NCBI GenBank assembly: GCA_038326655.1
Contig: JBBQKG010000008.1
Location: forward strand, 23,679 to 87,678
Direction of reading: 5' to 3'
Source: Solirubrobacterales bacterium
GTDB taxonomy: Bacteria; Actinomycetota; Thermoleophilia; Solirubrobacterales; JBBDJG01
Length of the DNA: 64,000 bases
Of this stretch, positions 26,858 through 35,704 are shown piece after piece. The notes beneath the pieces were generated by a model. The model had not been told where the DNA came from. It did no database searches and saw only the letters and a program-made list of their open reading frames with translations. Position 1 is the stretch's first letter. Every line of letters starts with the position of its first letter. The position numbers and the translations under genes were made by a program.

Positions 26858-28276
26858 ATGCCTCGCCGCACGAAGATCGTTGCCACGCTGGGACCGGCCA
26901 CGCGGAATCCGGAGATCCTCGCCGGCGTGATCTCGGTCGGCGCAGACGTGCTTCGCCTCAACTTCTCGCACGGCACGCGCGAGTCCCATGTCGAGCTGAT
27001 CGAGATCGCGCGTGGCGCGGCCGAGCGGGCGGGGCGCGAGATCGCGCTGCTCGGGGACCTGCCGGGGCCGAAGCTGAGGCTCGGCGACATCGACGGCGAC
27101 GTAATCCAGCTGCGGCACGGGCAGTCGCTGGTGCTCACCACCGGTGATGCCCAGGGGCGCCGCGACGCGATTCCCGTGGCGTGGGCCGGACTCCCCCAGG
27201 CCGTCAGCGCGAACGACGTGATCTATCTCGCGGACGGCTCGATCAGGCTGCGGGTACGGGAGACCGACGGGAGCGACGTCCTCACCAAGGTCGAGACCGG
27301 CGGCACCGTCACGTCCCATCAGGGCATGAACCTACCCGGTGCCGAGGCCGTGCCCTCGGCGCTGGGGCAGGCGGACTTCGACTGGATCGACTTCTGCTGC
27401 GGACGAGGCGTCGACCTGATCGCGGTCTCCTTCGTACGCAGCGCCGCGGACATCGAGGGCGTCACCGCACGGCTCGCCGAGCGCGGCGCCGACATCCCAG
27501 TGATCGCGAAGATCGAGAAGCGCGAGGCCACCGAGGCAGCGGAGGAGATCATCGCGGCCGCCACCGGCGGGATCATGGTCGCGCGCGGCGACCTCGGGAT
27601 CGAGCTGCCGATCGAGAGGATCCCGATCATGCAGAAGCGGCTGCTCGCGATCGCTGGCCGCCAGGCGAAACCCTCGATCACGGCCACGCAGATGCTCGCC
27701 TCGATGGTCCGCTCGACGCGTCCCACCCGGGCCGAGGCGACCGACGTCGCTAATGCGATCTTCGACGGCACCGACGCGCTGATGCTCTCGGAGGAGACCG
27801 CGGTCGGCCAGCACCCCGTCAAGGCGGTCCAGATGATGGCGCGGATCGCGGAGGAGACCGAGCAGGAGCTGCCGTATGCCGACTGGCTTGCCCGCCGCAC
27901 CGAGCGTGCCCCCGGCGACGTGGCCGACACCGTGTCGTACAACGCGGTCCGGGCGGCGTACCAGCTCGGCCTTGCCGCGCTCGTGGTCCCGACCCGCTCG
28001 GGCCGCACGGCGAGGCTCGTGTCCGCGAACCGGCCCAGCGTGCCCGTGCTCGCGTTGTGCCCCCGTCGCGAGACCGTTCGCCGGCTCAACCTCCTCTTCG
28101 GCGTGCACTCCGCCTACAACGAGGAGCCCGACACTCTCGACCAGCTGCTTACCGAGTGCGCCGAGCGTGCCAAGCAGGAAAAGCTCGCCAAGTCGGGGGA
28201 CCTGATCGGGATCACCGCAGGCCTCGGGGGGCAGCGGCTCGGCACGAACCTCTTCGAGGTTCACCGGGTCCCCTGA
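26858..28276 (+). CDS. pyk: Pyruvate kinase
   Basis: Start is ATG 26858 (MPRRTKIVATLGP). NFSHG, LGDLPGPKLR, AKIEKREA, MVARGDLGIE, ITATQMLASM. Confidence 0.95.
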   Translation: MPRRTKIVATLGPATRNPEILAGVISVGADVLRLNFSHGTRESHVELIEIARGAAERAGREIALLGDLPGPKLRLGDIDGDVIQLRHGQSLVLTTGDAQGRRDAIPVAWAGLPQAVSANDVIYLADGSIRLRVRETDGSDVLTKVETGGTVTSHQGMNLPGAEAVPSALGQADFDWIDFCCGRGVDLIAVSFVRSAADIEGVTARLAERGADIPVIAKIEKREATEAAEEIIAAATGGIMVARGDLGIELPIERIPIMQKRLLAIAGRQAKPSITATQMLASMVRSTRPTRAEATDVANAIFDGTDALMLSEETAVGQHPVKAVQMMARIAEETEQELPYADWLARRTERAPGDVADTVSYNAVRAAYQLGLAALVVPTRSGRTARLVSANRPSVPVLALCPRRETVRRLNLLFGVHSAYNEEPDTLDQLLTECAERAKQEKLAKSGDLIGITAGLGGQRLGTNLFEVHRVP

Positions 28277-28291
28277 CCCGCCCGGGTCTTG

Positions 28292-28558
28292 CTACGGCTC
28301 GATCCGCGTGACGGTCGAGTCGGCGACGTTCGCGACCCAGACCGAGCCGACGGCGACCGTGTTCGTGCGGGGATCGATCCGCTCCACGGTGCCGCCGGCC
28401 TGATCGACGACCCAGACCAGCCCGAAGCCGGCCGCGACCGCGACAGGCCTGCCCCCGACCGGGATCGTCGCGGCCACATGCGGGGTCGCGGCTGCGCTCG
28501 CCGCCGGCGTCAGCACCACGGCGAGACTCGCCAGCAAGACACGCAAGCCCCTGCCCAC
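28292..28558 (-). CDS. Small secreted beta-propeller-repeat fragment protein
   Basis: Not a separate entry in the ORF track; it is the tail of ORF 28292..29095. GTG 28558 lies 10 nt after the HK stop. VGRGLRVLLASLAVVLTPAASAAA (signal-like) is followed by IPVGGRPVAVAAGFGLVWVVDQAGGTVERIDPRTNTVAVGSVWVANVADSTVTRIEP. This matches about 1.5 repeat units of the 31041..31961 protein. Confidence 0.5.
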   Translation of the reverse strand: MGRGLRVLLASLAVVLTPAASAAATPHVAATIPVGGRPVAVAAGFGLVWVVDQAGGTVERIDPRTNTVAVGSVWVANVADSTVTRIEP

Positions 28559-28568
28559 CAGACCGAGC

Positions 28569-30038
28569 CTAGACGCGATGTGGCGCGAAATCCGGGCGCT
28601 GGCCCGGGAGCTCGAAGCGGATCCGCGCGCCGCCGCCGGGCTGTGCCTCGGCCCAGATCCGGCCGCCATGGGCCTCCACGATCGCACGCGCGATCGGGAG
28701 GCCCAGCCCGCTTCCGCCGTGGTCGCGGTCACGTCCCTCGTCGGTTCGGTGGAAGCGGTCGAAGATGCGCTCGAGCTGCTCAGGTGGGATGCCCGGGCCG
28801 GTGTCGCCGACCGAGAACTCGATCCACCCGGTGCGCGCGCCGACCGAGAGCGTGATGCGATCGCCCGGCACGGTGTGGCGGATCGCGTTGCGCACGAGGT
28901 TCCGGAACACCTGCGTGAGCCGCTCGGGGTCGGCGTAGAGGGTGCCCTCGTGGAGACCCTCGAGCCGGTAGTCACGCTCGCCGAGCAGCGGCAGGTCGCG
29001 CTCGAGGTCCTGCAGGTACTCGTCGAGGTCGAGCGGCCTGGGGCGCACCAGCTCGCCGGATTCCGCCTTCGCGAGCGAGAGCATGTCGTCGACAAGCCGG
29101 TTCATCTGGTCGAGCTCGCGCAGGAGCATGTCGGTCACGCGCCGGCGCTCCTCTGGATCTTGGCCCACCCGGCGCAGGAGCTCGGTCTGGCCGCGCAGCA
29201 CGGTGAGCGGGGTGCGCAGCTCGTGCGAAGCGTCGGAGACGAACTCGCGCTGGCGCCGGAAGGCGGCTTCGAGCCGGTCGAGCATGTGGTCGAAGGACTC
29301 CCCGAGGACGTTCACCTCGTCGGCGGAGTGAACCTCGCCGATCCGGTGGGACAGGTCACCGGCGTCGACCGCGGAGGCGACCGACGCCATCCGCCTCAGT
29401 GGCCGCGTGATCAGTGTCGCAAGCCATGCCGCGACCGCAAGCGCGACCACGAGCGCGATCGCGCCCACCAGCAGCAACGTGTTCCTGAGCACGGACTGGG
29501 CGCGGGTGATCGGCGCGCGCGGGTCAGCGACGCGGAAAGTGCCGATCCGCTTTCCGTGCGCTTCGATCGGGCGGCTGTAGGCGCGGAGCGCCCCCGTCTC
29601 CTCGGTGTCGACGTCGGCGAAGCCGGTCGGAGCAACGATCAGGCTGACTCTGCCGGCGTCGTCCTTCCGCGCGCCCAACTCCTTGTCGGACCCGGCGTGC
29701 TCGCGCTCGACCTCGCGCTGGACCACCTGCTTCTCGTTGGTGATGTCGGCGCCCCCGCTCACCTCGATGACGAAGATGCGCGACTCGGGGTGGTATGTCT
29801 GGGACGAGATGAACTTACGCGCGGCACGGTTCAGCGCGGCAGGACTGCCGGCGTTGTCCAGCGCTTCCTGCCGGAACTCCGCGAACTGCTCCCTGAGGTT
29901 CGAGTCGATCCGGTTCTGGAGGTCCGAGCCGGTGCGCTGGTGCAGGGCGAAGAAGCTTCCGGCCAGAGACCCGATCGTGACGAGCGCGATCGCCGCTGCC
30001 AGCCGGGACCGCATGCTGCCGAAGAGCCGCCTACGCAC
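28569..30038 (-). CDS. Sensor histidine kinase (TM-sensor-TM-HAMP-HisKA-HATPase)
   Basis: GTG 30038 overlaps the RR stop by 8 nt; the alternative start is ATG 30014. H-box SHELRTPL, N-box RNLVRNAIRHT, G-boxes DTGPGI and GGSGLGLPIA. Two TM helices flank a sensor loop of about 170 aa. Confidence 0.9.
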   Translation of the reverse strand: MRRRLFGSMRSRLAAAIALVTIGSLAGSFFALHQRTGSDLQNRIDSNLREQFAEFRQEALDNAGSPAALNRAARKFISSQTYHPESRIFVIEVSGGADITNEKQVVQREVEREHAGSDKELGARKDDAGRVSLIVAPTGFADVDTEETGALRAYSRPIEAHGKRIGTFRVADPRAPITRAQSVLRNTLLLVGAIALVVALAVAAWLATLITRPLRRMASVASAVDAGDLSHRIGEVHSADEVNVLGESFDHMLDRLEAAFRRQREFVSDASHELRTPLTVLRGQTELLRRVGQDPEERRRVTDMLLRELDQMNRLVDDMLSLAKAESGELVRPRPLDLDEYLQDLERDLPLLGERDYRLEGLHEGTLYADPERLTQVFRNLVRNAIRHTVPGDRITLSVGARTGWIEFSVGDTGPGIPPEQLERIFDRFHRTDEGRDRDHGGSGLGLPIARAIVEAHGGRIWAEAQPGGGARIRFELPGQRPDFAPHRV

Positions 30039-30708
30039 GCGGCGCCACGAGTCGGTACCCAGCCGAGCGCACGGTCTCGATCGGCACCGGCCCTTCGCCT
30101 CCCTCGAGCTTCTTTCGCAGGTACCCGATGTAGACCTCGAGCACGTTCGTGCCGGGGTCGTAGTCGTAGCCCCAGACAGCATTGAGGATCTGGCTGCGCG
30201 ACAGCACCTGGTTGGGATGACGCATGAGGTAGGCGAGCAGCTCGAACTCCCGCGCGGTGAGCCGCACCTCGCGGCCCGCCCGCTCGACGGCGCGGGTCCT
30301 GAAGTCGAGTTTGATGTCGGCCGCTTCGAGCACGGCCGCCTCGCGCTGGCCGGGGCGCCGCAGGTGCGCCCTGATGCGCGCGAGCAGCTCGTCGAACGAG
30401 AAGGGCTTCACCACGTAGTCGTTCGCGCCCATGTCGAGGCCGTGAACCTTCTGGTCGGTCTCGCCCACCGCGGTGAGCATGATCACGGGCAGCTCCGAGT
30501 CGCGGGCGCGAAGCTCCTCGAGCACCTCCAGCCCGTTCTTCGCCGGAAGCAGGACGTCGAGCAGCACGAGCCCGTAGTCGCCGGTGAGGGCCTCGACGAG
30601 GCCTGATGCGCCATCGTGCTTGGAGGTGACCGCATAGCCCTCGGCGCGCAGGCCGCGCTCGATGAAATCGGCGATCGAGCGCTCGTCTTCGACGATCAGG
30701 ATTCGCAT
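30031..30708 (-). CDS. OmpR-family response regulator
   Basis: Start is ATG 30708 (MRILIVEDE). LVLLDVLLP (phospho-Asp), MLTA, DYVVKPF, and a C-terminal wHTH (LTAREFELLAYL ... IETVRSAGYRL). Confidence 0.95.
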   Translation of the reverse strand: MRILIVEDERSIADFIERGLRAEGYAVTSKHDGASGLVEALTGDYGLVLLDVLLPAKNGLEVLEELRARDSELPVIMLTAVGETDQKVHGLDMGANDYVVKPFSFDELLARIRAHLRRPGQREAAVLEAADIKLDFRTRAVERAGREVRLTAREFELLAYLMRHPNQVLSRSQILNAVWGYDYDPGTNVLEVYIGYLRKKLEGGEGPVPIETVRSAGYRLVAPRA

Positions 30709-30823
30709 TCGGTCCAGCAATGCTAGGACGCCGGACGGTCCTCGCGGGATATCTAAGCAACCTCTCACCCACGAGATCGGCATACTGTCGGCCGGAACCG
30801 CACTGGAACGCTCGAGCAGTCAC

Positions 30824-31024
30824 GTGGAGGAGAGAACCGAGGAAACGTTGCGCGAGCTCGTCTCGACGATGAGACGATCCGCCGCGCGACGTTCCGGGGC
30901 ACCGGGCCGGGCCGAGCTGGTGGAGAGCTTCGGCAAGGCGCGCGTGGCGCTCGAATCCGCAGCGCGCGAGATCACGGCGCTGCGCGAGCGGGTCACCCCG
31001 CCACGGCGAAGCGTCCGCGACTAG
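30824..31024 (+). CDS. Small hypothetical protein (weak call)
   Basis: About 66 aa from GTG 30824 within ORF 30662..31024. GC-rich third positions in the distal two thirds. No family recognised. Lies in the 332-nt gap between the RR gene and the lipoprotein gene. Confidence 0.3.
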   Translation: MEERTEETLRELVSTMRRSAARRSGAPGRAELVESFGKARVALESAAREITALRERVTPPRRSVRD

Positions 31025-31040
31025 CCCGGTAGCGCCTCCG

Positions 31041-31961
31041 CTAGGGCTTGATCCGGGCGAGCTGGTTCGAGTGAGCCAGCGGGGCCCACACCGACCCGAA
31101 GCCCACCGCGACGTCGGCCGGCGCGTATGCCTTGGTGTCGATCTCGTCGGTCTGCTTGTTGTCCTTGGGATCGATGCGCCCGACCGAGTTGCTGTTGGTC
31201 TCCGACACCCACACCGCACCGAAGCCGGTGGCTACGTCCGAGGGAGCCTGTCCCTTGACCTTGATCGTCGCGACCACCTTGTTCGTGGCCGGGTCGATGC
31301 GCGAAACCGTGTCGTCGTTTGCATTCGTGACCCAGACGCCGCCCTCACCGACGGCCACGTCCGTCGGATTCGCGCCAACCTTGATCGTGGCAACGACCTT
31401 GTTGGCCTTCGCGTCGACGCGCGTAACGGTGCTGTCGGCCTGGTTCGACACCCACACCGAGCCATTCGCAGCCGTGAGCCCGGCGGGCTGCTGGCCCACC
31501 TTGACCGGCCGGCCGGCAATCCGGCGCTTCACGGGGTCGATGCGCTGGATCGTTCCGGCGCCCGCCTGCGTGAGCCACACCGCGCCGTCGCCGAAGGTGA
31601 TCTCGGAGCCGGCGATCCCCCCGATGCGCTTGACGATCCTGTTGCGGGAGGGGTCGATCACGTCCACCTCGTTCGAGAGGTTGGCCGCCACCCAGAGCGC
31701 GTTTTCGCCCGCCGCGATGCTGCCGGCGCCCTGACCGGCGATGATGAACTTCTTCAGCGCGAGCGCGTTCGTCTTCGGGTCGACCCGCCCGACCGCGTCG
31801 TCGTTGACCACCCAGACCGCGTTGTATGCCGCGACCACGTCGGATGGATCCTGGCCCACCGTGATCTTCTTCTGGACCTTCGGGCCGTTGCTTCCGCAGC
31901 CCGCCCCGATCAGGGCGAGCGCCGCCACGGCGAGCACGCTGAAGACGATCCTGCGTTTCAC
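31041..31961 (-). CDS. Lipoprotein with ~7 beta-propeller repeats (YVTN/Vgb-like)
   Basis: Likely GTG 31961 (VKRRIVFSVLAVAALALIGAGCGS: lipobox LIGAGC). About seven ~40-aa repeats of the pattern xVGxxPxxVAxGxGxVWVxNxxDxTVxRIDPxTNKVVATIKV. Confidence 0.8.
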   Translation of the reverse strand: MKRRIVFSVLAVAALALIGAGCGSNGPKVQKKITVGQDPSDVVAAYNAVWVVNDDAVGRVDPKTNALALKKFIIAGQGAGSIAAGENALWVAANLSNEVDVIDPSRNRIVKRIGGIAGSEITFGDGAVWLTQAGAGTIQRIDPVKRRIAGRPVKVGQQPAGLTAANGSVWVSNQADSTVTRVDAKANKVVATIKVGANPTDVAVGEGGVWVTNANDDTVSRIDPATNKVVATIKVKGQAPSDVATGFGAVWVSETNSNSVGRIDPKDNKQTDEIDTKAYAPADVAVGFGSVWAPLAHSNQLARIKP

Positions 31962-32037
31962 GGCTCGGGAGCATATGTGACCCTGACGCCGGTGGTTCCG
32001 CTCCCGCGGCCCTCCGGGGCGAGCCTTGCGCATGCCC

Positions 32038-32682
32038 TTACGCCAATCCGCTCAGGCCTCGCTCGATCAGCACCGCACCGATCAGCGTGAAGAGCACCGC
32101 GAGGATGCGCCGGTTGTGCCTCAGCAGCCACGCCCGGGCCGCGCCGAGCGTCGCGGCGGAGCGTTGCGGCGACGCCGCGTACACGGCGATCGGGGCAAGC
32201 ACGCCGAGCAGGAGCAGGAATCCGAACACGCCGAGCGCGACGACGCTCTGCCTGGCCGTCACATCCGAGCGGCTGATCTCGCTGAGGCCGGCCAGGTAGA
32301 TCGCGAGCCGCTTTATGTTCGTGGCCTCGACGAGCAGGCCGAACGCGTAGGCGCGCGCCGGTCCGAGCCGCTCGATCACGGCCATCCATCCGGGCGGCGG
32401 CGCATCCGGGTCAGGCTCGCCGAGCGCCTGCTTGACGCCTACCAGCACGAGCAGCACGCCGAGCGTCAGCTCGAGGGTGTTGACGATCTGCGACGACTCC
32501 GCGTCGGCGACCGAGCCCGGGCCGAAGACCACGAGCGCGACCGCGCCGACGGCGGCGAGCACCGACGCGATCCCCGCGACGTAGGCTAGAGCGTTCGCGA
32601 GGGGCCGTCGCGAGAACAGCAGCGCGATGCAGGCCACGATCGCAACCGGCGAGATCGCGCCCGCGAGCCCCAGCGGGATCAG
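32038..32682 (-). CDS. GAP-family (DUF2910-like) membrane protein; probable CTG start
   Basis: The ORF-track GTG 32637 would remove the first TM helix. The frame is open back to a TAG at 32712-32714 and encodes LSVADLLARLIPLGLAGAISPVAIVACIALLF. The only near-cognate start there is CTG 32682. Confidence 0.65.
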   Translation of the reverse strand: MIPLGLAGAISPVAIVACIALLFSRRPLANALAYVAGIASVLAAVGAVALVVFGPGSVADAESSQIVNTLELTLGVLLVLVGVKQALGEPDPDAPPPGWMAVIERLGPARAYAFGLLVEATNIKRLAIYLAGLSEISRSDVTARQSVVALGVFGFLLLLGVLAPIAVYAASPQRSAATLGAARAWLLRHNRRILAVLFTLIGAVLIERGLSGLA

Positions 32683-32748
32683 CCTGGCAAGTAGGTCGGC
32701 GACCGAGAGAGGCTATACAGCCGGTGTCGACCAACCGAAGGGGGCACG

Positions 32749-33558
32749 ATGGACTACGAGACCTTGATCTACGATCAGCACGACCACGTCGTCACGCTGA
32801 CCTACAACCGGCCGGATCAGCACAACGCGATCAGCCGCCTGATGAACGACGAGCTGCACCACGCATGGCAGCGCTTCCGCGACGACGACGAGGCGTTCGT
32901 GCTCGTGATCACCGGCGCGGGCGACACCACGTTCTCGGCCGGCTGGGATCTCCAGGATGCCTCGCAGCTCGAGGAGCTCGGCGACTGGGACGAGTTCCGT
33001 GTCCATGTTTTCAACTCGCCCGGTGAGTGCGGCTACACCCGCCGCGTCGACGTGTTCAAGCCGGTGATCGCCGCCGTGAACGGCTACGCGTTTGCGGCGG
33101 GCCTCGAGACGGCGCTGCTCGCGGACATCCGGATCGCCGCCGAGAACGCCGAGTTCGGCGCGCTCGAGCGGCGGTGGAACATCGTCGGGGGCGACGGCAT
33201 GACCGTGCGGCTCCCCCTGGTGGTCGGCTTCGCTCGCGCGATGGAGCTGATCATCACGGGGCGGCGCATCGACGTCCGCGAGGCGGAGCGCATCGGGCTC
33301 GTGAACGAGGTCGTGCCGGCCGGGATGGCGCTGGCGCGCGCCCAAAAGCTCGCCCACCAGATCGCCGCGCTGCCCCAGGGCGCGATTCGCTCCGACAAGG
33401 AGAGCGTGATCCGGGGTGTCGGGCGGACCTACGAGGAGCGGCTGCGGATCGAGGCGGAGCTGACGATGTCGATGTTCATGCGCCGGGACTCGCACACGAT
33501 CGGCGCAGGCGCGTTCAAGCGGGGCGAGCGTCCCGAGTGGCCGAATCACGGCCTGTAG
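32749..33558 (+). CDS. Enoyl-CoA hydratase/isomerase (crotonase) family protein
   Basis: 269 aa. NRPDQHNAI, VITGAGDTTFSAGWDL and AAVNGYAFAAGLETALLADIRIA. Confidence 0.85.
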   Translation: MDYETLIYDQHDHVVTLTYNRPDQHNAISRLMNDELHHAWQRFRDDDEAFVLVITGAGDTTFSAGWDLQDASQLEELGDWDEFRVHVFNSPGECGYTRRVDVFKPVIAAVNGYAFAAGLETALLADIRIAAENAEFGALERRWNIVGGDGMTVRLPLVVGFARAMELIITGRRIDVREAERIGLVNEVVPAGMALARAQKLAHQIAALPQGAIRSDKESVIRGVGRTYEERLRIEAELTMSMFMRRDSHTIGAGAFKRGERPEWPNHGL

Positions 33559-34276
33559 CGAGCCACTCCCGCGGCAGGAACGGCGGAACTTCGATCGGCC
33601 AATGCGGAAGCAGCCGGCGCGCCAGGCGCTCGGCGGGACGGCCCTCGATCTCCGGCTTGAGGTCGTCGAAGGACAGCAGGACGCGCACCGTCGTGCCGAT
33701 CTGGCAGTCGGCGGCGTTCGGCTCGTCGGTGCCGATCACGCCGGCGTCGATCAGAGCGTCGACGTGGTCGAGCTTGCCCGCGAGCTCGCGGGCGTCGCGC
33801 TCGACCGTCGCGTCGTCGGCGCCGATCATCGCCGCAAAGAGGCGCGCGAGGGGCAGGTTCGCCCTCGCCTGCAGCCCTGGCGCGGGCATCGGCGAGAGCT
33901 CCGCCAGCTGCCGTCGCAGCGCCGCCTGACGCCCGAGACCCCAGCGATACATGCGGCGCGGCACGGGCTGCAGGTCCCGCTCGCCCCAGGCCTCTGCCTG
34001 CTCGACCGCGGCTCGCCTGTCCGCCGGAAACAACGCCGGCTCCGGGCGGAGCCGATCGAGCGCGCGGGAGATCCGAATTGATCCCTGGACGCGCCGGCCG
34101 TCGATCCGAAGGGCCGGCACCGTGCCTCCGTGAAAGCCGGCCAGCCGCAGGAGCACCGGATGCAGTCCCGGCTGGAGGTCGACGACGCGATGCTCGATGC
34201 CCTTCCGCTCCAGCATCAGTCGCGCGGCATGTCCGGGGTGGGACACCGACAGCGAATAGAGCTTTGCCGCGGCCAT
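33515..34276 (-). CDS. Glutathione S-transferase family protein
   Basis: 253 aa. The N-terminal thioredoxin-like GST_N region is KLYSLSVSHPGHAARLMLERKGIEHRVVDL ... GTVPALRIDGRRVQGSIRISRALD. Its 3' end overlaps the convergent crotonase gene by 44 nt. Confidence 0.8.
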   Translation of the reverse strand: MAAAKLYSLSVSHPGHAARLMLERKGIEHRVVDLQPGLHPVLLRLAGFHGGTVPALRIDGRRVQGSIRISRALDRLRPEPALFPADRRAAVEQAEAWGERDLQPVPRRMYRWGLGRQAALRRQLAELSPMPAPGLQARANLPLARLFAAMIGADDATVERDARELAGKLDHVDALIDAGVIGTDEPNAADCQIGTTVRVLLSFDDLKPEIEGRPAERLARRLLPHWPIEVPPFLPREWLATGRDSATRDARPA

Positions 34277-34436
34277 CAGGCCGTCAGCACCTTCACGTTG
34301 ACCGCCGCCGGTGCTCAGTACTCCGATCCGTCATCGCAACTCCTCTCCCGCTGGCCCGGTCTCGAGATGACACATGCCCGATGGACAAGAGAGGGCGACC
34401 GTGGCCGCCCTCTCGATCCGCGCTGTCCGGGCCGCT

Positions 34437-35633
34437 CTAGTCGCCGTTGCCGTGGTGCTTGCCGTGGTGCTTTCGGTGGTGTGTGCGGTGGCCCTTGCGA
34501 TCGTGATCGCCGCCCTCGCCACCGTGGTGGCCCTGACCGGCTCCTCCGTGCCGCTCGCTGCAGAGGCCGTCCGGATTGGACCTGTCGCAACGGTTTCCGA
34601 AGAAGTCGTTCGTCCCGTTCCCGTCCCAGAGGATGTCGACGGGCGAGTTGCCGAACGCGCGGTTGAACCTGATCGTGTTGCCCTCGGCGACGAGATCACC
34701 TGCGGGGCCGGGGACTGCGCTGATCACGATTCCGGCCGAGGCGGATGTGTCGCCGGAGGGTTGATTGTCGTTGGCCGTGTTGCCGGCCAGATCGATCTTG
34801 CCGGCACCCAGGATCGCGATGCCGATGCCCGACACCGGCGCTCCGTCCTCTCCCGGGCAGGCGGCATTGTTGTGGTTGGCGGAGTTGTGCTCCACCGTCC
34901 AGTCCTCGTTGCCGGCACCGGTGTTCAGGAAGAGGACGCCGATGCAGTTGTCGGCGACCTCGTTGTCCCTGATCGTCCCGTGCGAGGCGTCACGCACGAA
35001 GATCCCCATGCCGGCGTTCCCGGTCGAGAGGTTGTCCCGCACGAGCGCGTTCGCCTGCGGCGAGTCACCCACGTAGATGCCTGCCTCTCCGTTGCCGTCC
35101 GTGAAGTTGTGCCAGTACCGGCCGCCGGTCGTGTTGAACGCGACGATGCCGTACTCCGGGTTGTTCTGTGCGTGCACGTCGCTCACGCGCTGGTCCTGCG
35201 TGCCGAAGAAGAACACGCCGCCGCCGGTGAAATTGCGCACGGTCAGGTCCTTCACCCGCACGTCGGCGACATGGTTGTTGACCACCGGAGGGTCATTCGG
35301 GTTGGCCGGCAGGGTCGCGTCGGTGACGCAGACGCCGCTCACGCCCTGGCCGCCGCAGATCGGGTCGACCGAGCCCGAGCCGCTCCCAGGCTCGATGATC
35401 GTCTCGTCCGCGCCCGCGCCCTTCAGGGTGATGCCATCCTTCTTGATCTGGACGTTCTCCTGATATGTCCCCGGGGCAAGCTTGATCGTGTCATAGGTCC
35501 CGGCACTGTCGATCGCGGCCTGGATCGACTCGCCCGGCGACACCTTGATCACGTCGGCCGCGGCCGGACCGGAGAAGATCGCCGATACGAACGCTGCGAG
35601 CACGGCTGCCGCGAGAATCTTCCTGACTCTCAT
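34437..35633 (-). CDS. Secreted right-handed parallel beta-helix protein with His-rich C-terminal tail
   Basis: Start is ATG 35633 (MRVRKILAAAVLAAFVSAIFSGPAAA signal). Repetitive N/G/D-rich beta-helix turns (VRDNLSTGNAGMGIFVRDASHGTIRDNEVADNCIGV...). Tail: HGGAGQGHHGGEGGDHDRKGHRTHHRKHHGKHHGNGD. Confidence 0.8.
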   Translation of the reverse strand: MRVRKILAAAVLAAFVSAIFSGPAAADVIKVSPGESIQAAIDSAGTYDTIKLAPGTYQENVQIKKDGITLKGAGADETIIEPGSGSGSVDPICGGQGVSGVCVTDATLPANPNDPPVVNNHVADVRVKDLTVRNFTGGGVFFFGTQDQRVSDVHAQNNPEYGIVAFNTTGGRYWHNFTDGNGEAGIYVGDSPQANALVRDNLSTGNAGMGIFVRDASHGTIRDNEVADNCIGVLFLNTGAGNEDWTVEHNSANHNNAACPGEDGAPVSGIGIAILGAGKIDLAGNTANDNQPSGDTSASAGIVISAVPGPAGDLVAEGNTIRFNRAFGNSPVDILWDGNGTNDFFGNRCDRSNPDGLCSERHGGAGQGHHGGEGGDHDRKGHRTHHRKHHGKHHGNGD

Positions 35634-35704
35634 TCCTAGCGCCTCCTGTGGGTTGCGTTCCCTTGCAGGGCGCACCCTACTCCGGCTGAGCGCGTGTCAT
35701 CCCC

